A DNA stretch of 64,000 nucleotides from Camelus ferus (lineage: Eukaryota): positions 91,452,001 through 91,516,000 of the forward strand of contig NC_045697.1 of assembly GCF_009834535.1 (NCBI RefSeq), given 5' to 3'. Below the pieces are notes generated by a model, which had not been told where the DNA came from, did no database searches, and saw only the letters and a program-made list of their open reading frames with translations. Shown in pieces: positions 26,123 through 40,060 of the stretch. The number at the start of each line of letters is the position of its first letter. The stretch's first letter is position 1. The position numbers were made by a program, and so were the translations under genes.

Positions 26123-26216
26123 AAAAATATGGAACACTTCATGGATTTGAGTGTAGGCCATGGTAATTTTCCCTGTATGTTCCAGTTTTCAGTATATGTA
26201 CTGCTGAAGTGAGCAC
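26123..26216 (-). pseudogene. U6 snRNA processed pseudogene (5' part of a U6/L1 chimera)
   Basis: Minus strand reads GTGCTCACTTCAGCAGTACATATACTGAAAACTGGAACATACAGGGAAAATTACCATGGCCT..ACACTCAAATCCATGAAGTGTTCCATATTTTT. This is colinear with U6 from nt 1 to the 3' U-tract, with CpG decay and a ~13-14 nt internal stem-loop deletion. Confidence 0.93.
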
Positions 26217-26233
26217 TTTGGTGTCATACTTTT

Positions 26234-27240
26234 AAATATCAGTGGACAGAAAGGATCACCAAAACATTTCAAGGAAGGCAGACAGGCACACATGAAAAAG
26301 GAATGTAGCAAAAGCAGAGACAATGCAGATAGCAGACGAAAACTTTAAAAATATATTTAATATACTTACTAAGAGATGATGTAACATTTATACTGATACT
26401 ATAGAAAAAGAAACATTCAGAGCATAAGTGGCTCTTTAAAAATTTATGATAGCTAAAATAAAATATTCAAAAAATGGTTAATTAGAAGAAAATTTAAGGA
26501 AACTTCCAAGTTAGTAGAAAATAAATGAAGAAATGGAAAATGGGAGAGAAAAGGCATGAAAGTTAGGGAATCAATCCATTAGACACATTACTCAGCTAAT
26601 AACAACTACCAAAAAAAATGAAAAAAACAGAAAAAATGAAAAAAAATGATTAAATTGAAAATCCATGAAAAATTCACAAAGTTGAAGAACATGAATTTCT
26701 AGATTGAAATGTCCCAAATAGAAAAGGATTCTTAACTAAATATGCACATTGCACAATTAGAATATTAATTGTGGTGGGGTGTATGATCCTGAAACTCTCC
26801 AGAGGGGAAAAAAAAAAAACAGGGCAAATACAAAGAACTGGAATTTTGAATGGCACAGGAAATTTTTTTTTAACAGCTGGAACTTAGGTAATATAAGGAA
26901 AATATCTCTACACTTTAAGAAAAAATTTAAAACCTAGGATTTCCAATCTAGGATTCACTGCTCAGCCAAACTATCAAACACCTTTAAAGGTAGGGTAAAG
27001 ATATTTCTAAATAAGCAAGGTCTTAAAAAATGTACTTCCCATGTGTATTCAGTTATGGTATCCATTAAAATTTGAGAGTCAACAAAGAAATTAGCAACTG
27101 TGGGATGCAAAAGACACAGGATACAACATAGGAGTGGTAAGAAGGAAGTTCTAGGACCACAATGAATTGAAGTTTTAGGGTAAGAGCTTGCATCAGTCCT
27201 TATGAAAAGACTAATCTGAGGCAGCGGATGGAAGGTTGTC
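26234..27240 (+). mobile_element. HAL1/old L1 ORF1-like fragment (host of the U6/L1 insertion; likely continues 25090-25443)
   Basis: A-rich ORF1-like decay (GAAGAACATGAATTTCTAGATTGAAATGTCCC; CTAGGATTCACTGCTCAGCCAAACTATCAA). Confidence 0.55.
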
Positions 27241-28899
27241 ATTCTATGTAACATTAAAGACTATTTTATTCTTTGTAACATTTGCTTATAGCCCTTCTTC
27301 CTACCTTGTTCTATTTCATTAAGGCCATTGAAACTTAAAAAAAAAATTTACCTTTGAGAATATAGTTTATTAGTCTTTTAAGTAAACTAGTTCTCTTCCA
27401 AATGTCTGCTGACTGTGTAAAATGCTAAATCTTATAAGACATAAAAGTTTAAAGTGAAATAATTTTGAATTTTCTAGGGAGAAGTTATCCTTTGTCTGAA
27501 AGAAGTGGAAGATTTAAGGAAGAAAATAATAAACTTGGTGCTGGGTCACCTATATATTCTTACTTCAATTAATTCTAAAGAAATTGAAGCTAAGTGAGGG
27601 TGGTTAACTTTCCCAATATACAAAAACATAATACTAGAACCAGAAATTGTTTGCCTCTAAATCTCAAATCTTTCTACTCCAACAATTTATATTCCTGTCC
27701 CCAGACATCCTCACCTTTAAAATACCATCAAATTAATCTTCATAAAGATTAATTTCATCATGTAGTCCCAGTTAAAGAATCTGTAATATACTGCATGAAA
27801 TTCAAATTCAACTTTACCTTACTCACAAGGCCCTCTATACTTCATCCATTCATATTCATTAATTTCCAATGCATGGCCTCCTATTCCACATATAATCAGG
27901 ACCATATTTCAATATCTTCAATTAAAAGATTCATACAGTCTATTTTGCTTAGGAGTAGGGATAGCAAACAAAAAGTTGAACAGTGGTTCAAATGAAAATC
28001 ACTTTTCACCAGTCACCTAAATAAAGATTTCTTGCTCTTATTTGCATGTTCTTATTTTGAAAGAAAACACTAAATTAAAAAAGCACCAAATTTAAAAAGT
28101 TTAAAGCAATTCTCTTCATTTCACTCTGGTCTTATTTAGCAGGGCATATACAAACTAGCAGCCTTTCTCAGAGAGGACTGTCATTCCCCGAATATAATTC
28201 CCAGTAACCATGAGTTATCTTTAAAGGCGGGAGGGGAGGCCTTTCTTTGGAAGATGGAAAGAAATGATTTATGCTTCTTAGATGTCTGTGGCATTTAAAA
28301 GGATCACAAATAATAATTTTAGAAATAAATAATAAATAATTATCAATAATTCAGTATTTGCTAAGGCCAAAATGTCTTTTTTTTAATAGAAAAAAGATGA
28401 CCATTAAAAACATAGCTTTTCTATCTGGTAGTTCATTAAATAGGATATATTCACACCTAAAACATTGGCTGAACATTGTTCAGAAATACATATCAACTAC
28501 ACTAATAACTCTGCTTTCTCTTATATAAAAATAAAAGATTTTTTAAACTTCAAAATGTAACTTTTTAATCATAATATAAACAATGTTATTATAATAGCTT
28601 CAAAAGACAGCCAATGTAAAAATTTCCTTGCCAGGGGTAACTAGCTGAACACTAGACTTTAAAAAATATCCTGAGATTTTCTTACAATGCAGTGATCTCT
28701 TCTTAGGAAGCTGTTTAGTTAGCTTATAACTTTAGACTAAAAGCAAAACAAAATAAAACAATTAAAAAAAATCCCCATACCTTCAACACTAAAAAGACAA
28801 CTTAAAGCACTAATGAATGAACAACTTCGATTCCTTATGAAATCCTATCCAGATCGAAGGAAGTGAAATTCACTCATTCCAATTTCACTGTTTCAAGCG

Positions 28900-29570
28900 T
28901 CTAGCATTTATTTTCACAGCATAGAATGCTACTGAAATAACAGAAGTGACAACCACAAACTTTTTCTCTAAGTTTAACAAAAAGAAGTTGAAGAAAGCAG
29001 TCAAATAATCACTCAACTGCTGAAAACTTTTGAAAATGAAAAACAAAACCCAGAGAATTCTAGCACTTAAAAAAATACAACTCCTTTCACCAGAGTCTAA
29101 GTTAGAGGTTAAAATCAATTAGTTCTGAACTCAGTGAACAAAGAAATGACTTTCATTAACATTTTGGATAAGAGAAAACAGAAGTTCAAAGCTACTAATT
29201 TGTTTCTGAATAAAAAATATCAGTCATGGGTATGTGACTAGAACTGAGATCTCAATTTTTGAGGTGCTCAAGATCAGTAGACTCTTTCTGAGTGTAACAG
29301 ACTTCAGTAAAAAGAGTACATTTTTCGACTACAAACCATAATGTGATCTTATGGGCTGTAGTCACTGTATCTTTAATAGATTACAAATGACAATTTTCAA
29401 GTTTCTTAAGGGAACGTCCAACAAGAACTAGAAAATGACAACAAAAGATTCTAGAGTGAACATCTGCATTAAGACAGCAATTAAAGACAAAGCTACAGAA
29501 TGTATTTAAAAAGTAGCCCACACCTTCAAAGATGACTGAAAATTATTGTTCTGTAAGGCTCCAAGAAACA
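28900..29570 (+). mobile_element. Ancient RTE-clade LINE relic (L4/MamRTE-like, tentative)
   Basis: Degenerate similarity to the RTE RT C-terminal region (TTTTCGACTACAAACCATAATGTGATCTTATGGGCTGTAGTC). Confidence 0.3.
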
Positions 29571-29948
29571 CATCTATAATGATTCCTCAAGTATTCTTTC
29601 TCTTGGGTATCCACTCAGTGAGAAATTATTTTTCTATGTAATTTTTACCCAACTTCACTATTATTTTCCCCCTGCTTTAAGATAAAAAGAGTATTTTTGG
29701 TTTTGGGACTAAATTTGACTATTACTGTTTTGGAAAAAAGATAAAGACAAAAATGATTCTTGAACATGTGTTTAAAATACACCAATCTTTTGAATATGAT
29801 TTTTAAAAATGTCCAGCAAACCAGATTTTAAACTTATACTTACAGTTCACTCAGCACTTGTAAAATATATATTCTAGAAAATACCATAAACTGAAATTCT
29901 AATGTGGAATCACTTTCGAAGCATATAAACAAAGCCAGATGTATTTAC

Positions 29949-30040
29949 CTTGTTTCTAATTGTTTTATACTAGATTGCAACTGCTGTAAGCGCCTATCTG
30001 ATGCTTCCTCTCTTCCTTGGGCAGACACAATATCCTCCTC
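29949..30040 (-). CDS. SCLT1: SCLT1 exon 11 (92 nt)
   Basis: ttttctag|GAG GAG GAT...ACA AG|gtaaat; EEDIVSAQGREEASDRRLQQLQSSIKQLET(R). Confidence 0.95.
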
Positions 30041-30479
30041 CTAGAAAATAAAGAAACTGTATGCTTATCTTGAGTATGTGAAAATTCAAAGCACCGTTAA
30101 ATAGCATAAAGAAAGCAGTTCATTATATAAAGTTACTGTATTTCTAGAATTTCATATGTAAGTTTAAAGAAGCACTATCACTTTGGGAGCAAATCATGCA
30201 TATACTAAAAAAGGGAGATGAGAACCTCACTATCAATTCTGTATTAGAAAAACAATAACCAAAACAGTCACTACATACAGATTTCTACCAATATTTCAAA
30301 TTATTTTTATGGCCCAAGTCTAACAAAACAAGGCAGGAATTTGTATGCAGACTGTCTGCCCTTAGCATGTGTTCTTTTAACTAGGTTACACTGCATCCCA
30401 TTATAATCGTAGATTATTTCTTTTTTGAACAGTGTTGCTTCAAAATAAATGAACAGGTTCTATTTGCACCATCTTTAAA

Positions 30480-32650
30480 AAATTTCCTGTTCATCCTTTC
30501 TGGCCTTTTTTGTTGGTCTTCTATTGGTTTTTAGTTATACCTCTTTGAATTATTTTTTAGTGGTTGCCCTAGCTACAATTTGCATCTCTAACTTATCCCA
30601 ATTTATTTAGTTAATAGTTAATTAATTCAGAGAAAACACTGGAACCTTGCAACAGTGTATTTATTTCCATGTATCATCCTAGTCTTTAGTGTCATTGTTG
30701 TCATATATTATACCTACATACTTTATAAGCCCATCAAATAGTGTTAAGTTCTGCTTTTAGCATTCAAGTCTTTTAAGGTACTAATAAGAGAAAAGAAAAG
30801 TATGTATATATATCTTTCATATTTAAAATTCCTGTTGCTCTTAATTTCTTCTTACATCTGAGTTGCCAACTGATGTTATTTCCTTTCAGCCTAAAGAATT
30901 TTTTGAAGAACAGCTACACTAAGTGACACATTTTCTCAGTTTTTGTTTACCTGAAAATGCCTTTATTTTGCCCTCATTTTTGAAGCACAGTTTCACTGGA
31001 CACAGAATTCTTAATGAGCATTATTTTTCCCTTCAGCAGTTCAGATATATTACTCCAGTGTTTTCTGCTTCCACAATTTCTTGAGAAGTCAGCCATTATT
31101 CTTATCTCTATTCCCCTGTTCACGCCATTTTTCTACTGCTGCTTTTAAGTTTTCTCTTTTTAACTGGCTGTCGGTGTTGTCATGATGTGTTGAAAGTGAT
31201 TTTCTTTGTATTCATCTCGCTAAGGGTTCAATGAGATCCTTGGCTCTGTTAATGTTTTCCACTAAATTTTGAAAGATTTCAGCTATTATTTCTTTGAACA
31301 TCTTTTCTGCACTGCTCCCACTCCCCTACCCCTATTCCAACCACACTTGCATTGGCTTGCTTCATATTGTCCCACAGATCACTGAGGTTCTGTTCATTTT
31401 TCTTCCATCTTTTAAACTCTATTCTTTGAATAGGAACGTTTCTATTGATCAGTCTTCAAGTTCAGTGATTATTTTGCTTTTTCCAATTAACTTTTGAAGC
31501 CATCTAATGACATTTTTATTTGGGTTGTTTTACTTTCAAACTCTAGAATTTCTATTTTTAAAATTATTTTCTAGTTCTCAATTAAAAATTCTCTATCTGT
31601 TCCTTCACTGAAACATATTTTACTGTAATTTAAAAATAGATTTTAATTCCTTGAACATAATAGCTTATTTGAAGTCTCTGCCTGTTAAATCCAACAGCTA
31701 AATCCAAACTCACTGAAAGTGAGTTTCTATTGACTTTCCTCTTTCACCCTCCCCCTAGCAGTCACGCTTCAGTGTCTAGTAAGTTTTGGTTGAAAATTGG
31801 ATAACAAAGATAATGTATCGTTGTTTCTCTGGATTCTGTTTTGCTCTTTTGAAGATTATTAGCTTTTTTGCTCAGTTAGGCAATTATCTTGCCTAGACTC
31901 AAACTCTGAAGTGTCTTCCCCACAGTATGTAGCAGCTGCCATCTGTGATGAGTCTAATTTCTTTCCACTGTTAAATTTTTTTGCTAGGCTCCCAGGAAAC
32001 TCACTGTGTCTGTGTAATGTGAGGATTAGTCAAGATCTGGGTAGAGGTAGGGCTCATCCTCTTTGTTGTTTGTTGCTCTTAGAGATCCCCTTGTAATTTC
32101 CAGCTGCTCTGCCAGCTTTAGGTTCTGTCCACAGATATTCAAACACTCATGCTTCAGCTTTCCTGCTCAAGCTGCACACATTTTGGGAATGCACTCAATT
32201 ATAAAAAGCAGCAAACCTAAATATCTAGTTCCATACAGCTGTATCTTTCAAGAGCAGATTTCTCTCAGGTCTCTGCCTACTTCTTCACTGGGTTCCTGGG
32301 GACCCTATCCTAGCCCTGGACACTTAGTTTGACTGTCAGTTATGAACCTGGTCAGTTTATTCTCAGAATTTGGGTCTCAATTTTTATCGTTTGTGTGGCT
32401 CTCTTGCTGCTAATATTTCTTCTTTAAATTCTCAACTGAGCCCTAAACTTTGATCTTGGGAGCCACTATAAGTGCATATAAAGCTTTTGTTTTCTGAAGC
32501 ATAGCTGTAGGGGTTAGGGAGAACTCTCAGGTCAGAAAGTTAAAAACTCATAATTCTCTCTTTCAGTGTCTTTCTGTTTTGGGGTGCTTTGCAGTGTTTC
32601 AAAAAACTTATCCAATTTTTTAACTATTATATATGAGAAGGTTTGCATAG
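30480..32650 (-). mobile_element. Old L1 5'/ORF1-region fragments
   Basis: TTTGTTTACCTGAAAATGCCTTTATTTTGCCCTCATTTTTGAAG; TGAGAAGTCAGCCATTATTCTTAT. Confidence 0.7.
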
Positions 32651-33209
32651 GCCTTTCACAAATCCACCATTATTGGAAATCTATAACCAACTTTTACATA
32701 TTTGGAAATAAGGCTCAAAAAAGTTTCACAGCTAATAAGTGACAGGGTTAAAACTTTAATAATTAGATCCATCTAAATCTAAAGCCTGACTTTTCCTTGA
32801 TATATTCTTGAAACTTCCCTATTACACATAAAAAGAAAGTCTCTTATGCCAATAAATAGCACAAAATATAGTAAACAAAATGTAGTATTAAATACTTCTT
32901 TTCCATCTACATGTAACCAATTAATCAAAACCTGATTTTGCATTAACAAGCATTTCAGTAATGATGTATTTAGGGATGATTATGATGTTATGATGTTTTA
33001 TTGACTTAGCATAAAGTAAATAGAGATAAAAAGTTATTTCCAATATTATAATTTAGCTTCCTAACTTTATATATAGAGGGCAACAAAATGATAAATTCAT
33101 TTTCCAGCAACGCTCTTTAACACTAATCCACAACAGATCAACATTAAGATACATAGAAAACTATGCTACAGGCATCTGCATCCACTTGTCTTAGAAAAAA
33201 GGAAAATAC

Positions 33210-33300
33210 CTTCTTTTGCATCTGTCCTTGAAGATCTTCAGTCACTTTAGTTAACTCTTCCACTTTTGCTGCTGCAACTCTCAGATCTAACTTGGCTTGC
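33210..33300 (-). CDS. SCLT1: SCLT1 exon 10 (91 nt)
   Basis: tgttttag|G CAA GCC...AAG AAG|gtattt; QAKLDLRVAAAKVEELTKVTEDLQGQMQKK. Confidence 0.95.
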
Positions 33301-36300
33301 CTAAAACACAAAGTAAAAAACACTGTTTTCATAGACCACAAAATTTTTTTAAAATTAGAAAAGAAATTTAAATTTGGTAAAATCAGTACTAACCATTATG
33401 CACCTAAAAATGGATGTAAGGGGTTAATATTGAAAGATTCCTTTATTTCTAGTAAATGTATGTGGAAAAGAGTAAAGAAGAAAAAGTATATTTGAAAGAG
33501 TGAGCGCGAAGTGGGAGTCATTAATACTTTATTTGGATAAATTATATTTTATACTCAAATAATTCAATAGATTTCATGAAGAAGAACTTTATCATCATAA
33601 TGAATTACCTAACAAGAATGTCAGTGCATTAAGTAGAATACAGTTACATCTATAATTTCCCAAATAGAGTTAGAGAAGTATTGCTAATGGGCCTTTTTAT
33701 GAAAATGAATCCAAGCTTCAACACCTTGATCATTCCCCAAACACTAGAAGTACGTAACATAATGAATTGAAACACTGGTCTCAAGATAGTCTAATATCTA
33801 CTTTCTTCAGAGACTGTAGGTGCAAAGGACAAAAAGGACAAGTTTTTGAATATTCTAATATTATCAAGTAAGTTTCAGTATCTCCTCCACTCCCTATAAA
33901 GATTTTAGAATAATAAAATAAGACTTTCTGAAACAGAAAAAGACTTTTTAATATCATACCAATTAAGCACTAAGTATAAATAAAGAACATGTGGATTATG
34001 TTAAAAAATATACTTTTCAGGAAGGAAGGTACTTTAGGAACTGCCTATATTTATTTCTTTTTATTTCATGTATGTATTATAAATATAAACCACATTAATG
34101 CTGTAGAACGTAAATAAATTATTTGATGCAAAATTCACAATAAATGTCAATTCACTTACTTTGACTCTTAACGGTATTCAGAATTACATTATTGATTAGC
34201 ATAAAACAACAGGAAATAAAAAAGCTAATAATAGCTAAAATGTATCAGGTAATTACTAGGTTCCAGGAACTGTCCTAAATGCTTTGTAGACACTGTCTCA
34301 CCACAATAACTCTGTGCATTAAGTAATATTGTTATATCAAACTGAAGTCTAGAGAGTAAGGTTGACAGAGGTTTGCTAACTTGCAAGTATTCACAGGTAA
34401 GCAATGAAACTGATATTTAAACAGAGTCCTCTGATATACTGGCAGCTAAAAAATAGCCCCAATAATACTGCATAAGATTAAGCATATAAGGAAATGCTTT
34501 GCTTTAAATATCTCCAATTTATAAAAATTTGACTATCAGATAAAATAATTTTTTTCTGCTTGCAAAATGATTCATCAGATGACAAAACAAAAACAAAAAA
34601 CAAAAACTACCTTATACCAGTGCATGTAAAATCTAAGCTTAGAGATAATTTCAGAAGTGAATCTACTATATAAATCAATAAATAAATCTACCAGATATAA
34701 AATTCTTTTTATTTTAAAAGGAAAAACTGAAGGGGTAAGATATTTATCCGGTAATGATAAAATTGAGTAACCTCTGACTAAGCATAGCATCCACTCTGAC
34801 TTAGTTTTCTTGCCTTTAGAAAGGGGATAATAATGCTTGTTCTACTTGTGTCACGGAGTTGCTGCACAAGTCAAAATAGATAATGTACATTAAAGTGCAC
34901 TGTAAACTGTAAAGAAATGTAAGGTCAGAGCATGATTAAAGAAAAAAAAATTGTGTTAGAGACACAGTAGGAATGAGGTCCAAGGTAGAGGATCCTAGAG
35001 TAAGGAACTCAGTTCTGTCACTAACCAGTGATGAGGCTTAATGTACTTCACTTGACCACAAGAGTGTCTCAGCGGTCTCATATCCAACAACAGAGAAGTA
35101 GATTAGATAATGTGCCAAAACTAAAGTTCTATAATACATGATTTCCTGATTTCTATCTAATTTGCCTAATGATTCTACTTCTAAATTTTCTCTCAATTGT
35201 GTATTCCATTTCCACTTTCATGGCCCAATGTTTGATCTCATCATAACTTTCCAGGACTATTCCAATGGATTTCAAACTGATTTCTTTGCTGCTGGTCTCC
35301 TCTTTAATTCATCCTCTACAATGAATCTCATCTGCAAAAAAAAAAATTATCTGGTGATAAAAATTCTTGTTTAATAATGATTTCTGGGTTCCCCACTTCC
35401 TTGGGCATATAATCAGCACTTTTCTGCATGACACATAAAGTTAGTCATCATCTGACCTCAAACATCTCATCTCTTGCTAATTCCCCTCATATAATTTCTG
35501 TTACAGGTAGGAGAGACTACCAAATCCTGTTTCTTAAACATATCCTTGTCTATTTGTTTACATGCTTGACTTAAGTAGCCTTTGCCTGCCTTTTCTGATA
35601 AATTCCTCAAGAATCTTCAAGACTTAGCTTAAAAGTGTCCTCATTTCAAGTCTTCCCTAATTTCGCCTAGGCAAAAGGCCCTATAATCCCAGTCCCCATA
35701 AAACATAATACTTTTTCTGCATTGTTAACAGATACTCCCCTTGTGGAACTGTGAGTTTATGAAAAAATTACGGTATGTATGATCATTAAAGGCAAGGATC
35801 ACATTGTATTAATTTTTAAATCCTCGGAGGTAACACAGTACCTGGCATATAGCAGACAAGTAAATATACCATAAGTGAATAAAAGAGAGTACAAAAGGAA
35901 AGGGGAGAGAGAGAGAGTCACAGGTACAATTATATCTTGATACTTTTACTCAGGTCTCGCATATCCAATTTTTTATTTATATGTGGAAAGCCTAAAATAG
36001 TAATTTTGTGAACAATTCTTCCATACCTATCTCATTTGAAACAGAATCTCATACATAAAAGAAAAAAATTCAGGTACTGGTCTTATGATCTATTTTTATA
36101 AGTATTAAAAGGAAAAATACCCTGAAAGCATTTAATTATATTTCCTAAAACACACAAAGAATCATGTTTTGGGGGAAAAATAAGTAATAGTTTTATATAT
36201 ATTTATTCCTATACATTGTTCCACAAGATAGCAAAGAAATAGTTCTTTATATCTCCTTCTGGCATGAAACAGTGAAAAATATTCTAGAATAAAAGTTGTA

Positions 36301-36541
36301 AGGTCTGTCTTAAACCTGCCTCTATCACCACAAAAGGCCATGTGAACTGAGCCAATCACTTAACTTCTCCAAGTCTCAGAATTGTAGCTATAAATTTGAG
36401 ATAAAAAATAATTTTCCTGCATAGCTCACAGAATTATCATAAAGTTCAAATAAGCTAATACATATTAAATCACTTTATAAACTTTATTGTAGTTTACACA
36501 AAGACTATCACCATAATCTTGCCCCTTTTTAGATTTCAAGT

Positions 36542-37015
36542 TGTCAAGAATGCGTGGTACAGCATTAATTTACAGCTGGTTTGAAAAAGCTTGGGGGATG
36601 TCTGAATGTCTGGCCTTGACTCTGGGCCAAGAAATGAAAAGTGAGATTTATGGTGTGCTGCTGAAGTCTGAATTGCCTCCGCTAACCCCCAACAGGATCT
36701 GTTTGCTGATGGCTTTCACCTGGTATAACTGGTGAGACAGCCGGGCTAGACCATATGACCAGAGGGGCCAAAAAAACCTTCTGCGCTGAGCTTTCCTGAA
36801 GCCTAGATTCATTGCACACATCTTGGTAGTTCAATCTGGAGACAAAGCATGTCTTTGTATGAATAAAGACCCTAGGGCACTTGTGCCTGGATGTCACTTG
36901 GGCCCCCATGCTTCCTGATGCTCTTTTTTCTTACTGCACAATATCTTTCCCCTTTAAATAAAAGCTTTATGTGAGTATGCTCTGTGGAATGTTGTGAGTC
37001 ATTCCAAATATTCAA
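36542..37015 (+). mobile_element. ERVL LTR (MER68/MER77-like)
   Basis: TG start; CTGAGCTTTCCTG…TGCACACATCTTGG; AATAAAAGCTTTATGTGAGTATG…GTGAGTC end motif. Confidence 0.6.
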
Positions 37016-38429
37016 ATTTATGAAATCTTTAAAGTTGCCAACAAAAATAACTATAATTTTATTTTATGAAGGGCCTTTAATAACTATACATTTATACTAT
37101 TTTACACGTAAATGTTTTAGATATATGTCTGCTTATGTACATAATTTTATAAAGGTTAAAAAACAGTTTTCACCTTAAAAAACAAATTTGATTAAAAAAT
37201 AAGAATAGTTAAATATTAACAATCTTGATGTCATAAGTACTCACATATTTTATTTTTGCTACAAAGAATTTTTAAAAGCAAATTATTTTGTATTCAGGTA
37301 TGCTTCCTTGTCAAGCAATTTAAAATTTCCGAGATTTTTCTTTAATGTAATTTTCATCATTTATGATATTAAAGAGGTCTGAATTAAATCTTTCAAAAAC
37401 AAAGCTTTGCTCTGTAAGCAAAGTATAATCAAATATAACATAAAACACAGGATACGTGTATGTATTTTCTATTAATATATACTAGCATCAATCTCAACAG
37501 AAATTAAAATGCTTTAATTATCAATGCCTTTTTTGAGATTTTACAGCAAACAAAATAAGTCCATTTTAAGATAAATTTCTGTCTGTCTTTTATAGGCTCA
37601 TATCAAGAGAATCCTAGAAATATTTACAATATTTCTTTCATATAACGAAAAGTGCTAACATTCTGAGAGAAAGACCCAGTTTTTATGGATTTGACACATA
37701 GTCTAAACTTTAGAATTTAAAATAAAACAAAAATGCATACATTAGGTACTTTAAATAAGTTCTTCTAAAATTATCCAGTATAATAAAGTCAATCATTTAT
37801 TTTTAAATACTTCAGAAAATCCTCAATTTTAGACAAGGTTCTGAATTTTCAAGATCACTTCTGCTTTTAGGAAACTAATAGTAAGTAGCAAAACTGGAAA
37901 AAATTTATTTTCATTTTTCCTCCTTTCAATCTTTAGTAGCAGTCTAATGATTAAAACAATTCAAAAGACAGAAGCCTACAAAGAAACTTTAAAAGCAACA
38001 GATTTTAATAATTCACATACTGAGTTATCAAAACTTTAAGTCTCTTCAGTCTTGAAATAGTCATTTGTATATAATTTTTATATAATTCAAATTATTATAT
38101 ACAATTTAAAGTAGTTCAAAATTCTAATTTCTATGTCAGAATACAATTTTCCATCAGACTAGTAGTAGATCTCTATACTTTCTGTGAATGAAAGTAAGTT
38201 TTTGCAATTATATATGCATAGTCTCTGTCTGAGTCTTATTCATTCAGAATGTATGGGAGAGGTATCTGCTCATCTGTTTTTCAGAACCTATATAGGTGAT
38301 TCTAATATACAGCCACTGCCTAGATTTTACATAATAACCAAACAATTAACAGGCTTATCTTTCCAAAAGGTTGTAAATAATTATTAAAAATGTAATTTTA
38401 GAGTCATATCACTGGGTACCACTGACAAA

Positions 38430-40060
38430 GTGGAGAACATATTTATTCATTTGTATTATTAAATAGGCTTATGCAATGGATATGCTCAAAAAATGCTTAC
38501 CACGTGTCTGTGATGTTTGGAACACAGAAGGTGTTCTGTGAGATAATACAAAACAAAGATATGTGAGATACAGTAATGTTTAGGAGGGCCACAAAGCTGA
38601 CTTAAAGCATCACAAAAGATTAAAATAAAGCATTACGATTCATAGTAGATAGTATATTTGCATTTAGTTCAGGGAATATTGAAGTGTGAGGTATTTAAAA
38701 TAAGAATTGGCAGAGGAACAGTTAATCTCACAAGCAGAGGTAAAGAGAAAGTTTCAGGAAGGAATAAAATAAGTAGAAGCATAAAGGTAGGAAAGTGGGG
38801 AAGGTGGGAAAGGAGACTGGAAAGGCATTGGGGTTACAATGTCAAGGACCTTAGTTGACGAGTTAAGTGATCTGTATTAATTTAAGGGCAATGGAGAGCT
38901 GCTCAAATAATGGGATCAGAGCTGCACATTAGGAATTTAAGCCTGGCATTGTTGAAAAAGAATGGACTAGAATGATGGTTTCATCTTTCTTTAACCAATC
39001 TATCATAGTAAATAGGCAAGATGATGGGAATATCTAAACTAAAGTGATGGTAACAATAAGTAAGCAGTTCCACTTGGAGAGATGGCATAGATTTTACAGA
39101 GAGAATTTAACAGACTCCATACATTCATTCTTTGAACAAATATTTACTGAATGCTTATGATATGCCAGACACTATGAATATAATCTGGACATGTTGAGCT
39201 TCATGTGGTCATGGCATGTCGAGCTTTTTTTTTTTTTTTTAAACTGTATTTCAGAAGCCCTAGACTTATTTTATTGAGCACCTACATAAACCACACTAAG
39301 CACTGTTGTCAGTTCTGGTGATACAGTGATAAACAAGGAGTCAAAGGCTCTGACCTCGAAAAGCTTACACTGTATTAGAGGAGGACAGACAGTAAATATG
39401 TAAACAGATAAATGAGATAACTGCAGAAAGTGATAATGCAATGAAACAAATGATAAATAACAATGAGAGAGAGACTTGGGTCATCAGTGACAACCTATTC
39501 TAAAGAAGAAATATTTGATCTAAGGTTTAAAGGACAATGAAGTCAATTTAAGAAAATCTAAGATGAAAGAATTATAGGCAGAGGGATTTAACAATAAATG
39601 CAGAGTATGAGAAAGTCACTTAAATAAATGACAATTAGCAGGGATGTTTCATAGAAACGAGTAAGATGAAGTCAAAGGAAGGCAGCTCTCTCTGTGTCTC
39701 TCAGATCATATGTGTCTTTGGGTATAGTAAGAATTTTGGAAATTGTTCCAATTGCAATTAAAACCCACTGAGTGTTTTAAGCAGGTGAGTGATGTGATTT
39801 GTTTTATGTTTTGAGGAGACGATTTGGGCTGGTGTGTGAAGAATAAATAACAGTGAGATAAAAGTAAAAGCAGGCAACCAGACAGGAGGCAAATGCAAGC
39901 AAGAGGTAGTGGTGGCTTGGGGTAGCAATGATAGTGGTGATGACTGAATTTGTGATAATCTGTATCCAAAGCCAGCATGACTTGGATCTGGGGGTAAAGC
40001 GAGAGAGGAGTCAAGAAAACTTCTTAGGTTTGATGACAGTATTAGCTACTAACTTGGGGA
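38430..40060 (-). mobile_element. L2 fragments
   Basis: CATTCATTCTTTGAACAAATATTTACTGAATGCTTATGATATGCCAGACAC (L2 3' end) and downstream L2 motifs. Confidence 0.65.

Noticed and set aside
26123..26216. Functional U6 snRNA gene
   Set aside because: ACAGAGA box and AGC triad are mutated, the internal stem-loop is deleted, the upstream flank is a TSD/old repeat rather than PSE/TATA, and it is fused to L1.
38065..38104. 11-bp inverted repeat ttgtatataat/attatatacaa
   Set aside because: Low-complexity AT sequence, expected by chance.
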